Below are positions 1 to 10,415 of a stretch of DNA of 64,000 nucleotides, piece by piece (position 1 is the first letter of the stretch; each line of letters opens with the position of its first letter). Location of the stretch: contig CAZNTR010000003.1 of assembly GCA_964575925.1 (NCBI GenBank), forward strand, positions 1,687 to 65,686. Direction: 5' to 3'. This DNA is from an uncultured Chitinophagales bacterium (GTDB lineage: Bacteria > Bacteroidota > Rhodothermia > Balneolales > M1805). The notes under the pieces were generated by a model. The model did not search any database, was not told the DNA's origin, and saw only the letters and a list, made by a program, of their open reading frames with translations. The translations under genes and the position numbers were made by a program.

Positions 1-1534
1 ATTTTAGGTTTACCTTGTCTCGTGCTTCTGAGTCGAACGTACCTTCGCCCCAAGGGTAACCTTCGAAGCCATGAATCCAGCCGCCAACAAAAATGACATA
101 ATCAGCTTTTTTAGCAATTGCTACTGCATCTTTTACCAGTTTTTGGTTTGATTTTTTCGATGCGGCGACTTTAACGTCGTTTACTTTTGTTTGAGCAGCC
201 GTTTGTACATTTTCTTTTCTGAAATCATTTTCATCAAAATTGGGTTCGTAACCTTCAGAGAAGACGATTTTATACTGATCACCGGCTATTTTTTGAATGC
301 CTTCTAAAGCCGTAATTTCATACAGTGCATTAACTTGAGAGCTCCCGCCACGACTGGCAAATTTTCGAATCGCATTGTGACCAATAACTGCAATCGTCTT
401 TTTTTCTGTAGATTTGATGGGAAGAATCTGGTCATTTTTTAAAAGAATAATACCTTCTTGAGCAACTTGAAGGGCTGTTTTCTGGTGTTCTTCCGTATTC
501 CGTGAGCCTTTCCCATACTCAGCTAATACGGTACTTCTCATCATTAATTTTAAAATTCTTCTTACTTTATCATCAACAACTGATTCCTCAACTTCGCCAC
601 TTTCAATCATTTTTTCAGCGGCATCAGCCAGATAGAATCCATCATAATCAGGATTGTCGAATGATTTAACCAATTCAGTTCCCATTTCAATATCAGTTCC
701 AAACAATAAAGCTTCTTTAGTGTCTTTAACAGACGCCCAATCGCTAATCAGAACTCCATCAAAGCCCCACTCATTCTTCAAAATAGCATTAACTAAATAT
801 TCATGATGCGTTGCAAATTGTCCATTCACTTTATTATAAGAGCCCATGATGCTCCAGACATTTGCATCCTGAACTACTGATTTAAAAGCAGGTAAATAAA
901 TTTCATGCAAAGCACGTTTGCTTACCTGTGCATCCACGCTAGAACGATTGGTTTCCTGATTGTTTGCAACAAAATGTTTTGCGCAAGCAGCTACACCATT
1001 TTCCTGCACACCACTTACATAGCCAATTGCCATTTGAGCAGTTAAGTAAGGGTCTTCACTCAAGTATTCAAAATTTCTGCCGTTAAGTGGGCTTCTGATA
1101 ATATTTATACCAGGGCCAAGAATAATATTCTTGTTTCTTTCTTTTGCTTCACTACCAAGTACACGACCATATTGTACGCCCAATGATTTGTTCCATGTTG
1201 AAGCTAGCGTAATCCCTGTTGGTAAATACGTTGCTTGATCATCGGCATTTTCAACTCTTGACCACGATCTTCCCTGTTCCGGCCTAACGCCATGTGGCCC
1301 ATCAGACATAGCTATTTCAGGGATGTTTAATCTCGGAATTCCACCAGATGTAAAAGAAGAACTAGCATGAATTAGCGCTAATTTTTCTTTCAGAGTCAGT
1401 TTAGTAAGTAAGCCTTCAATTTTTTCTGAGGAAATATCGGTTGAATTGAGATTGCCTGAGTTTGGTGATTTATCACTACAGCTTACAAACGTAGCAAGTA
1501 ATAAAAGAGTTGATAATATGCGTAGTGAGTTCAT
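1..1534 (-). CDS. Glycoside hydrolase family 3 beta-glucosidase, lipoprotein; the C-terminal part runs off the left window edge
   Basis: Absent from the ORF track because it is open at the edge. Reverse-strand translation from the ATG at 1534-1532 gives MNSLRILSTLLLLATFVSCSDK (lipobox). GH3 hallmarks follow: GPGINIIRSPLNGRNFEYLSEDPYL, KHFVANNQE, GFDGVLISDW. The frame stays open to base 1. Confidence 0.85.
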   Translation of the reverse strand, partial: MNSLRILSTLLLLATFVSCSDKSPNSGNLNSTDISSEKIEGLLTKLTLKEKLALIHASSSFTSGGIPRLNIPEIAMSDGPHGVRPEQGRSWSRVENADDQATYLPTGITLASTWNKSLGVQYGRVLGSEAKERNKNIILGPGINIIRSPLNGRNFEYLSEDPYLTAQMAIGYVSGVQENGVAACAKHFVANNQETNRSSVDAQVSKRALHEIYLPAFKSVVQDANVWSIMGSYNKVNGQFATHHEYLVNAILKNEWGFDGVLISDWASVKDTKEALLFGTDIEMGTELVKSFDNPDYDGFYLADAAEKMIESGEVEESVVDDKVRRILKLMMRSTVLAEYGKGSRNTEEHQKTALQVAQEGIILLKNDQILPIKSTEKKTIAVIGHNAIRKFASRGGSSQVNALYEITALEGIQKIAGDQYKIVFSEGYEPNFDENDFRKENVQTAAQTKVNDVKVAASKKSNQKLVKDAVAIAKKADYVIFVGGWIHGFEGYPWGEGTFDSEARDKVNLK

Positions 1535-2030
1535 AGTTAATTCCGCTTATATAAAGTAGTCTTAAAGCAAAAATGCCAATTAGTTATTAAAAGCTACTTT
1601 ACAGACTAATCTTTTAAAAGATCGTAGTATAATTGAGTAGCAATATTAATTATAACGGAATTTAAGAAATAAAAAATTAATATATAAAGTATTTATTTTT
1701 TATTCAAGAGAAAAAATATTTTAAATATGTACTAGTTAAGTGAGGCGATAAGTATGTTTTATAGGCTTGATCTAATCTATTTAAGTATAATAAAAATAAT
1801 AGTAATTGTCGTTTAATATATACTATTTAGATTGAGTTTCAGAATAGAATAGTTCGAATAAGGTGTTTATTTGAGATCAAATAGGGGAGTAACTATGTTA
1901 AAAAATTATTTAATTAAATCATTTTTTTGTATTATTCTAAAAGTGAGCAGTAATTGTCAAGATCGGATAAGATTGGGAAACGATTAATACTGTTCAGTTA
2001 AAAAAAGATATTAATAAGTGTTTAAAACGT

Positions 2031-2306
2031 ATGGGAAAAAAGATTCTAAACGTATTAGTTGCCGTCTTTACAGTAATCACAAGTTGTGAAAAAGATGATT
2101 TACATTCTCAGGTTGTGCAAACATGGTTAACATCAAGTGATTCAAATTATGAGATGTATTTTGTTGCGTTCAACAAGAAAAGTGGGAACATTCAACAAAA
2201 CGATACTGCATCTTCAATGATGATCAGTATTAATAAGAACAAACGAATTCAAAAAATGATAGGTTTTGGCTACACGCTTACTGGTGGAATATGCGAGAGT
2301 TGTTAA
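2031..2306 (+). pseudogene. N-terminal stub (91 aa) of a GH30-like glycosidase lipoprotein; the catalytic body is missing
   Basis: Has a lipoprotein signal (VFTVITSC). The segment ISINKNKRIQKMIGFGYTLTGG resembles the conserved start of the GH30 barrel (xQxIxGFGxxLT), from my recollection of the family. The ORF stops about 390 aa short of a normal GH30 and is followed by an imperfect 15-bp inverted repeat and a copy of the dispersed repeat. Confidence 0.4.
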
Positions 2307-2416
2307 TAAACTTGTTTAAGATTTCATTAATACATATAGATTGTTCTGTATTTGAGTATAGATTAAGCTGATTATCTTGTAAACAAGGTTTACCCAACTA
2401 TTGAAATTAAACCAAG

Positions 2417-2510
2417 GTCACATTACGAAAAGTAGGTTTCAGAAAATATTCTACAACTTCGAAAGATTGGTAAGTATGGAACCGAAAAATCGACTTTTCG
2501 AAATGGGCTG
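2417..2510 (-). repeat. Dispersed ~98-bp TIR repeat, copy 8 (diverged, minus orientation)
   Basis: The reverse complement aligns along its whole length with the consensus: ...CGAAAAGTCGATTTTTCGGTTCC...CTGAAACCTACTTTTCG.... Confidence 0.7.
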
Positions 2511-2551
2511 AACTATAAATTTTCAATACAAACCCAAAATTAGGAGTTCTT

Positions 2552-3589
2552 ATGAACAAATTCTTTCTTTTAAATCTGTTATTTTTCTCTGCTGTTTTTA
2601 GTTGTTCAGAAAACACATCAAATAGTAATTCTAAAAATGAAAAAATATATTCATCTGTAGAAATCAATCAGATGTTAGGAAGAGGAATAAATGTTGGGAA
2701 TGCCCTGGAAGCCCCAAAAGAAGGGGAATGGGGTATTGTTATTGAAGATTCCTGGTTTTCTCAGATTAAAGAAATCGGTTTTAATCATGTTAGGATTCCA
2801 ATCAGATGGTCTTCGAATACTGAAATATCGAATCCCAATAGTATAAGCCCAGAATTTATTAAAAGAGTAAAGCATGTGGTAGATTTAGCTGTTGAACAAA
2901 ATTTATTAGTTGTTATAAACTTTCATCATTATGAGGAATTATATGAAAATCCAGTTGCTGAGTTTGCACGTTTTAAAGTATTATGGACTCAAGTGGCTAC
3001 AATTTTCAAAGATTATCCTAATACAGTTGTTTTTGAAATATTAAACGAACCACATGCAAACTTATCAGCCGAAATTTGGAATTCAATGATTCCAGATATG
3101 ATTCAAATTGTTAGAAATGATAACCCTCAAAGAACCTTGATTATTGGTTTGGCAAATTATGGAGGGCTTTCTGGTTTGAATGTGTTGCAATTGCCAAACG
3201 ATGACAATATTATTGTAACACCACATTATTATGAACCTTTTCATTTTACGCATCAAGGAGCTGAATGGGTTGATGGCGCTGAACAATGGTTGGGAACAAC
3301 CTGGACCGAAACAATCGCTCAAAAAGAGGAAATTGATACGCATTTTGAACAAATCCTTTTGTGGTCTCAACAAAATAAAGTCCCTATTTATATAGGTGAA
3401 TTTGGTGCCTATTCTAAAGCTCCTGAAGAATCAAGAGTGGCTTGGACCAAATATGTAGCAAAAAAATCAATCGATTTAGGTTTTAGCTTTGCGTATTGGG
3501 AATGGGCTAGTGGCTTTGGTATCTATAACAAGTCTACGAATCAAGTACATGTTGGTCTTTGGAGAGCTTTAATTCCTGCAAATGAGTAA
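2552..3589 (+). CDS. Glycoside hydrolase family 5 endoglucanase (cellulase-type), lipoprotein
   Basis: Signal and lipobox (FFSAVFSC). GH5 motifs present: RIPIRW, FEILNEPH (acid/base Glu), IYIGEFGA (nucleophile Glu), YWEW. Confidence 0.85.
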   Translation: MNKFFLLNLLFFSAVFSCSENTSNSNSKNEKIYSSVEINQMLGRGINVGNALEAPKEGEWGIVIEDSWFSQIKEIGFNHVRIPIRWSSNTEISNPNSISPEFIKRVKHVVDLAVEQNLLVVINFHHYEELYENPVAEFARFKVLWTQVATIFKDYPNTVVFEILNEPHANLSAEIWNSMIPDMIQIVRNDNPQRTLIIGLANYGGLSGLNVLQLPNDDNIIVTPHYYEPFHFTHQGAEWVDGAEQWLGTTWTETIAQKEEIDTHFEQILLWSQQNKVPIYIGEFGAYSKAPEESRVAWTKYVAKKSIDLGFSFAYWEWASGFGIYNKSTNQVHVGLWRALIPANE

Positions 3590-4379
3590 GCTCAAATGGA
3601 TTAACCCTCAAAAGCTACGTTGTTTTAACATGCTATTCTCTATTGGAATTAGTTTACTGTTCTATATCGTTTAAAATACTTTTACAATTAGGTATAGGAT
3701 TTTAATATTGATAATTGAGAGATTTGGCTCAAGAATTTTCAGATGCTGGTTTGAGAATCGAAAACGATTTGGTTAATCTATTCGGATTGCATAAAATAAA
3801 TAGCTTAAGGTTCGAATCCTTCCTAGTTTCAAAGAAAAGGATTTATTAATGGATTTTGTGTACAAAAGGAGTCAAACCGAAACGTAAAATCTTCATTCAA
3901 TTTTCGGAGTTCGTTTTTACTTCTAAACAATAAAGATTATTCTTTGGCTCAATACTTTAACTCGGTAATAAATTTGTTTTAGGATATTATTTAAGTAAAA
4001 TATGGTCATCACATGATTTGACATTATATTGATGGTGGCATTCTGTACCACGAAGTATTATCTCAGCATAATGAATTTATGTGAACTTAATTCTACCTAT
4101 GGAGAATGTAATCTTGATGTGATTTTTTTACAACATTCATCCTACTGCAATTTGGAATCTAAGCTAATGTTTCTCGTCCAAGAGTTGAAATCTAGACCAA
4201 AAAAAATGCAAATAAAAAACTAAATTTGTTCTTGTCTGCTAAAAAATCTGATTAATAAATTGGAAAAATAGTTTTAACAAAAATTAACTCAGAATGAAAG
4301 TAACCAGTATTTATATTGATAGAAATAATTAAATTATGTCAATGTAAAAAAAGAAAAATCAAATGATTAGGATTCCTAA

Positions 4380-5207
4380 ATGAAAGTAAAATTATACTCC
4401 TTATTAATAAAATTTATTTGTGTAGTTGTATCGTGTTCAGAATCAACACCTAATAAAGAAGAGATTCCAGTTCCTGATGATTATACTTTGGTCTGGAATG
4501 ACGAGTTTGATTATTCTGGCTTACCAGATAATACAAAATGGAATTATGATACGGGTAATCACGGATGGGGAAATCAGGAATTGCAAAATTATTTGGCAGA
4601 TACCCAAGAAACGGCATCGGTTGATAACGGTGTTTTAACTATTACTGCCATGCAAATAATTCGTGGTCAGGAAAAAGAATTTATTTCTGCAAGAATGGTA
4701 ACTCGAGATAAAGGAGATTGGTTATATGGTAGAATTGATGTGAGAGCAAAATTACCAAGAGGAAGAGGCACTTGGCCGGCTATTTGGATGTTGCCAACCG
4801 ATTGGGAGTACGGTAATTGGCCTAAATCTGGTGAAATTGATATTATGGAGCATGTTGGTTACAATCAGGGTACAATTTACGGAACAGTACATACCGGAGC
4901 ATTTAATCATACTCAAGGAACACAAAAAGGAGGAAGCATTATGGCGCCTATGGCTAGTGATGAATTCCTTGTGTATTCTATTTTATGGGATGAGCTAAAA
5001 ATCGATTTTTTTATCGATAACCGACTCTACTTTACCTTTCAAAATACAGGAAAAAGTTCTAATGAATGGCCATTTGATAAACGATTCCATCTAATTTTAA
5101 ATATTGCTGTTGGCGGTGCTTGGGGTGGCGCTCAAGGTGTAGATGAATCTGTATTTCCTCAAAATATGCAAGTCGATTACGTTAGGGTTTTTCAGAAAAA
5201 TAAGTAG
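4380..5207 (+). CDS. Glycoside hydrolase family 16 laminarinase (beta-1,3-glucanase), lipoprotein
   Basis: Lipobox VVVSC. GH16 catalytic motif GEIDIMEH (ExDxxE) and WPAIWMLP are present. Confidence 0.9.
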   Translation: MKVKLYSLLIKFICVVVSCSESTPNKEEIPVPDDYTLVWNDEFDYSGLPDNTKWNYDTGNHGWGNQELQNYLADTQETASVDNGVLTITAMQIIRGQEKEFISARMVTRDKGDWLYGRIDVRAKLPRGRGTWPAIWMLPTDWEYGNWPKSGEIDIMEHVGYNQGTIYGTVHTGAFNHTQGTQKGGSIMAPMASDEFLVYSILWDELKIDFFIDNRLYFTFQNTGKSSNEWPFDKRFHLILNIAVGGAWGGAQGVDESVFPQNMQVDYVRVFQKNK

Positions 5208-5232
5208 ATATGAATCTTAAAAAATCATAGCT

Positions 5233-5327
5233 AAGTCCATACAAAAGTTGTTTTTTTGATTAGAACCCTTCCTAATTCTGCAAATTCTCCAAATATTTTC
5301 ATGAAAACAACTCTTCAAGTAAGCTCA
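5233..5327 (+). repeat. Dispersed TIR repeat, decayed copy 9
   Basis: AAGTCCATACAAAAGTTG...AACCCTTCCTAATTCTGCAAATTC...GAAAACAACTCTTCAAGTAAGCTCA aligns colinearly with the consensus at roughly 65% identity. Confidence 0.45.
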
Positions 5328-5418
5328 TAACGGATATTCACTAATAGAAATAATCTGTGAATTTTTCCTAGTTTTAATTAAATACTGTCTCTATCTGAAA
5401 TTCTTTGATTAAAGTAAC

Positions 5419-6417
5419 TCAGGAGCTTTCTCTAATGTTTAGTTTTACTGGAATTAAGCTAGTATATCCCATGTGTTTTGAAGGTTTTGCCAGTTCTTCA
5501 AGAATATGGGTTACTGAATTTTCTGCCATTTGGCTGAAATCAGCATTTATAGTTGATAATTTAGGGTGATTAAATTTCGCCATCTGAATATCATCAAATC
5601 CGACAATTGCCAAATCCTCAGGTATTCTAATGTTATCTTCTTTGGCAGCAGATATAAAACTCAATGCCATTACATCATTTGCTATAAATAGAGCTCTTGG
5701 CTTAATTTCACTACTCTTATAGGCATAATAAGCATTGATTCCAGAAACAGGAGTATAATCTCCCTGATAACTCCACACTAAATTTAAATCAGGTTGAGAG
5801 TCGATATAATTTGTAAAACCATTGGCTCTAATTTGAGATTCTATAGCTTTGTTTGATCCTTTAATAATCCCTAAATCTTTATACCCTCTATGATTAAAAT
5901 GCTCTGCAACTAAATATCCACCTCCATAAGAATCAAAACTAATCGTGTCCATTATAGGATTGGGAATTGGAGCAATAGATATTATCGGGAAATCCTTAGG
6001 GGCATTCTTTACGATATTTTTGTACTCAGAATGAGACAATTCAGGAAGAAATAATATTGCAGCTGAAAAATGATTCCGTTTTAATTCAACTAATAAATCA
6101 GTTGTTGATTTATTCATATTCAGCGTGTTACAGATTAGAATTCGAACATTCTTGTGTTGTTCTAATGTTTTAAACCCTTTTAAAAGAGCTGCATAAAATT
6201 CGCCATCTAGTATTTCTACAAGCAAAGCTATGTAAATTTCAGATCGCAAACTTATGGGCGTTTTTCTTTGAATTATCGGATACCCAAGTCGTTGGGCTGA
6301 TTCAAGTATTAAGATTTCATTTTCTGCTGTAATACTGGTATCGCCTCTTAAGGCTCTTGAAACAGTTGTTACAGATAACCCTGTATCTTTTGAAATATCT
6401 TGTAGAGTTATTTTCAT
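5419..6417 (-). CDS. LacI-family transcriptional regulator
   Basis: N-terminal HTH (MKITLQDISKDTGLSVTTVSRALRG) followed by a periplasmic-binding-protein-like sugar-binding fold. It sits between glycosidase genes and a transporter gene. Confidence 0.9.
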   Translation of the reverse strand: MKITLQDISKDTGLSVTTVSRALRGDTSITAENEILILESAQRLGYPIIQRKTPISLRSEIYIALLVEILDGEFYAALLKGFKTLEQHKNVRILICNTLNMNKSTTDLLVELKRNHFSAAILFLPELSHSEYKNIVKNAPKDFPIISIAPIPNPIMDTISFDSYGGGYLVAEHFNHRGYKDLGIIKGSNKAIESQIRANGFTNYIDSQPDLNLVWSYQGDYTPVSGINAYYAYKSSEIKPRALFIANDVMALSFISAAKEDNIRIPEDLAIVGFDDIQMAKFNHPKLSTINADFSQMAENSVTHILEELAKPSKHMGYTSLIPVKLNIRESS

Positions 6418-6660
6418 AATATGTAATATTTACTTGATTTTTAGTTATTTAAAAGAGTGACGAAATAAATTAGAATAGTTCTAAATGCTTTACTGCTTGT
6501 ATAGCCGAAAAAAATTATTTTATTATTAGAGTTAATTTTTTACCTTGTAAAATAATAATTTTCAAGATGAGTAATGTCACTTTTTTTTAATAAATGAAAT
6601 TAAATTGTTGTGTTATTCATTCTGATTTATGAGAATAGACGGGCACAAAGAAAATTAAGT

Positions 6661-7800
6661 ATGATTCTAAGAAATTCAAGTTCTTTACCAAGAGCCTTAA
6701 AAAGTTTATTTGTAATTGTTGGTATTATTATAGGGTCTTGGGTTTCTAGGATTCCTGATATAACAACTCAGTTAAGTTTAACAGTTCTAACCTTTAGTTG
6801 GATTTTATTTGCAAGAGGAATTTCTCAGGCTTTTTTTTTTCCAGTAACTGCTTGGTTATTACATAAATATGGGGCAGTTAAAACTTCTTTCATAAGTGGC
6901 TTTGTTATCATAATTTCCCTTCCTTTGTATTCGCTAACTATAAATTGGATCGGTTTACTCTTATTGTTTGTACTTATTGCTGGTTTTTTCGGGTCTTTTG
7001 ACATTTCGATAAACTCTCTTGGTGCAGAGTATGAGAAACATTTTGAACAACCAATTATTACATCTTTACATGCTTGGTTTAATGTTGGTAATTTTGGTGC
7101 TGCGTTTTTAGGTTCTCTTTTTATTTGGCTTCAAACTCCAGTTATTATTCACTATTCAATAATTACTAGTATTTTATTGATAGTACTCTACTTAACTAAT
7201 AAAATAATTAGTCAGTCTGATTTGAAGGTAACGAATCTTGAGAAAAAACAATTTTCCCTTCCGAAAGGATCTTTGATATTGTTGGGCTTAATTTTGTTTA
7301 TTGGGGCCATAATTGAAGGTTCTGTTGGAAATTGGATTCCATTGTATTATGAAGCTGACCTAACTAATAACACAACAATTATATCTATTGGTTATACTTT
7401 TTATTCTGGAGCCATGTTGATTGGCAGATTTTTGGGTGATCATATAAGAAAGAAAATCGGACTAAAGCTTACTTTAAAAATGGGTTTGATTTTGGGGGCT
7501 GTAGGCTTAACTATCTGTGTTCTATTCGCAAATGTGTGGTTAGTTTCTGCTGGATTTATTATTGCTGGTTTAGGAATTTCGGTAGTCTTTCCTTTAATAT
7601 TTCTGATTGCAGGAAAAATTAATTCTATGGCAATAGCCTCAGTTGCTACAATGAGCTATGTTGGGTATATCATTGCTCCAATTTTGATTGGCTTTATTTC
7701 AGAAACTAGTAGCATTAAGCATGGTTTTATCGCAATGTCAGTTTGTGCTTTTTTGATGGTTCTAATAGCTCAATTTTCTACAGAGATTAATAAGGAATAA
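6661..7800 (+). CDS. MFS transporter, probably for a sugar or oligosaccharide
   Basis: About 12 hydrophobic helices. It is divergent from the LacI gene. The ORF track starts at GTG 6610, but ATG 6661 (MILRNSSSLPRALK...) is the more plausible start. Confidence 0.75.
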   Translation: MILRNSSSLPRALKSLFVIVGIIIGSWVSRIPDITTQLSLTVLTFSWILFARGISQAFFFPVTAWLLHKYGAVKTSFISGFVIIISLPLYSLTINWIGLLLLFVLIAGFFGSFDISINSLGAEYEKHFEQPIITSLHAWFNVGNFGAAFLGSLFIWLQTPVIIHYSIITSILLIVLYLTNKIISQSDLKVTNLEKKQFSLPKGSLILLGLILFIGAIIEGSVGNWIPLYYEADLTNNTTIISIGYTFYSGAMLIGRFLGDHIRKKIGLKLTLKMGLILGAVGLTICVLFANVWLVSAGFIIAGLGISVVFPLIFLIAGKINSMAIASVATMSYVGYIIAPILIGFISETSSIKHGFIAMSVCAFLMVLIAQFSTEINKE

Positions 7801-8497
7801 TCTAAACCCCGATATTTTCATCAAAAGTGTTTCTCAATTTTAAAAGAGATAATCTAAAGAAAATGGGTTTCTAAGTAATTTCGTGATATGAATTGTGGAA
7901 ATAAATTTAGTTTCAATAAAAAAAACTAAAAATATTGCAAGTTGGCTTCACCATGCCTTTGGTACCACTAAAACTTTCTAAATTTCGCTAAGTGAAAAAC
8001 TATCCCTATTAGTACATCGGGATAATGAAACGCAACCAAACGACGATATTTTTTTACTAGTTTTGGTATTAATAATTTAATTCGAACTCTGGGTTATCAA
8101 TCAAGTATTTTTTTTGGATAAAACAAAAAAGGTCATTAAGTAGCTAGTTTGAAGGATAATTGATTTTTAATTAAAGTTATTTGTTTACATTCAATTTTTA
8201 ATTATCGCATTTTTTACAATAATGCTATTAACGCTGAACTCATGGTAATGCGTTGTCAATCTTGGCTGTATCTTATTATGGTAGCGAAAAGTATTTCGCT
8301 TATTTGGTAGGCTATTGTCATAATTTTAGTGATAAAGTCACCATACCAATTGAAGACTTACTAATTGATTTGTTAAAAATGTTAGTTTATAAATATTTTT
8401 TTTCAATAATTTTTCGTTTAATTAAGCTAGTTCATACAAAATGAAACGACTAAGTTTCTTTATTAGAAAATGGACTAGTTTATTCTAACCTTGGTCT

Positions 8498-9372
8498 TTA
8501 TTCTTTAATAAACCAATACTTACTTTCATTTATGGGAGTAAGTTCTGGTAAAATTAAATTGTTTAGTTTAATCATACGTTTGTTATCTAATTCGGCTTTC
8601 GTAATTATTTTACTCATAGATTTGTTAAATAATTGATCAAAAGTGCCATCATTTATCGCTTCGTTTAGCCCAAATTCCAAGCGATCAGCTAAATGTTTAC
8701 CTTCTTTTGTTCGTTGTACAAAAAAGTAAATCGCAGTCGGATAGTACAAATAGATATTTGGCAATATGGCAAGTTCAGCTGTTGCATTTTCTTCCATTTC
8801 ATAATTAATTTCAGCGATAGAACGTGGATATAAAAGTGCTTTTCCAGTTTGAAGTGAAGCAATCATATCTTCTTTTTTTTGCAACTCGTAAATACTAAAG
8901 CCATTTGATTTTAATATTTGAGTATCTGGCCATTCTGAACCTTGAGTAAAAGTAACTTTTTTTAAGTCTTCAATAGACGTGAGAAATTTCAAGTCATTTA
9001 ACTTATTTTTATTAACTAATAGGGTTCTAATTCCAAATAATCCTTTATAAAGAGGAACTCTAACCGGTATAAATATTCTTTCACGAATACCATCAGTCAT
9101 AGTTGGAACTACATATAACTCTTTTTTTCTTTTAAAAGTTTTAGTGCATCTCTTTGAGAAACAGACGTGTTATTCTCATTATGAAGTTCAAATTCTCCAT
9201 ATTCTTTCTTTGATTTTTCTAATGCTAATTTAAGTAAAGAATGATTGTATAATTTAATCTCATCTAATTCTTCCGTAGGCGAAAAATAATAAACCTGTGA
9301 AATCTGTCCATTAGAATTAGTCGTGATAATTAAAAAAATAAAAAATATGGTGAGAATTATTCGATTAGTCAT
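8498..9372 (-). pseudogene. Periplasmic substrate-binding protein (family-3 SBP-like) split by a frameshift in a homopolymer
   Basis: ORFs 9109..9372 (signal peptide plus N-terminus) and 8498..9100 are colinear parts of one protein. The frame changes within the T7 run at 9122-9128. Removing or adding one base gives ...LLKEKKELYVVPTMTDGIRERIFIPVRVPLYKGLFG.... Confidence 0.6.
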
Positions 9373-10296
9373 ATTGCCTCAATCTGTTACCTATAAGCTT
9401 AATGAATATAATAAATTAAATTTATAGATAAAAAATATTTCTTCACAGAGTTAAAATATATCTCTAATTCTTTTTTTTTAATAAAAATAAATCTAATAAG
9501 TTTAATGAAAACAATAAATATATGAGGGTGTATTAAAAAAAATAATTATTATTATCAAATGTTATAACCAAATAAAGGCAATGAATTAATTATATCTGAA
9601 TACAGCCTCGAACTGTTCAATTTTCAATTATAAATCGAGACCTATTCATGAAGTAAAATCGAAATGTTAACTTCTAAACAAGTGTAATCAACAAAATGAT
9701 AAAACGTAAAATAAGAATAGGTGCATTTGATTCTGAACATAGGAATCAGCATATTTCCTTTTTTTCAAAGTATCACTAATTGAATTTGAGAATCGTTTAG
9801 GTAAGAATGATATTTTCGTCTAAATAAATATTTTGAAATTCAAGTTACATAGTGGCCCAAACCACCAAATACCCAAATGTGATGATAAGTTATTAAAATG
9901 GAAAATATCGATTTCATTTTCATTTTCCATTCCTTTTTGATGTTCTAAAATGATGCGTTCAATTAGTAAAAGGACTATGAGAAAGTATAATAATATGACC
10001 GTATGAGTATGTAATACTTTAAAATAGTGATTCAAACTAAAAAGCTCAATGCTTTAACTAAGTGGAATTATTGCATGTGATAATTTTATTGTTGATTACA
10101 AAATCGAGAAACGTGGTTTTTAAAAACTTCAGCATAATGAGAAGCAACAGTAATTTTGAGAGCAGTACTTCGAAAAGGGTTGAGTAAAAACAGTACTGCA
10201 AAATTCTTGAGATTAAAAATGGCTGAAACACATAAATTCATTTCAATTATTATAACTTAAATTAGGTTAAACACATTTTTGAAAAACTGAAATCAT

Positions 10297-10394
10297 GAGT
10301 TCACTCCGAAAAGTCGATTCTTTCGATTTTCACCCTTCCAAATCCTACGAATTCGACGAATAGTCTGCTAAAAACTACTTTTCGGAGTACACTC
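10297..10394 (+). repeat. Dispersed 98-bp TIR repeat, copy 1 (subfamily A)
   Basis: GAGTTCACTCCGAAAAGT...ACTTTTCGGAGTACACTC. Flanked by the identical 7-mer AAATCAT at 10290-10296 and 10395-10401. Ends 21 bp before the next start codon. Confidence 0.9.
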
Positions 10395-10415
10395 AAATCA
10401 TTAAATTAAAATCTC

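Noticed and set aside
3756-3769. AATCG-aaaa-CGATT inverted repeat (and GGAAACGATT near 1977) as LacI-family operators
   Set aside because: The arms are only 5 bp. The sequence is not a good match to the TGnAAnCGnTTnCA-type LacI palindrome and is not positioned at an obvious promoter. This is too weak to call.
3817-3836. tRNA-like T-arm sequence AAGGTTCGAATCCTT
   Set aside because: No matching acceptor stem, D-arm or anticodon arm can be built from the ~70 nt upstream. At most it is a fragment of a tRNA 3' end, such as an old integration scar, and it cannot be supported as a tRNA gene.
4029-4223. Small ORFs in AT-rich spacers (4029..4223 +, 8253..8444 +, 9820..10035 -, 26289..26489 +, 11486..11689 +, 49125..49414 -)
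   Set aside because: None has a recognisable motif, signal peptide plus domain, or conserved context. Several use non-ATG starts or overlap terminators or neighbouring genes. The evidence is insufficient to annotate them as genes.
10295-10363. Conserved ATG-initiated mini-ORF inside the dispersed repeat (e.g. MSPLQKVDAFGLHPSKSYEFDE in copies 1, 2, 3, 5, 7)
   Set aside because: Most differences between copies are non-synonymous (5 of 6 between copies 1 and 5). Stop positions vary from 22 aa to 80 aa. Subfamily B and copies 8 and 9 do not keep the frame or the ATG. The AT of the ATG lies outside the inverted-repeat boundary, within the duplicated target sequence. Coding is not excluded but is unsupported; Ribo-seq or proteomics would settle it.
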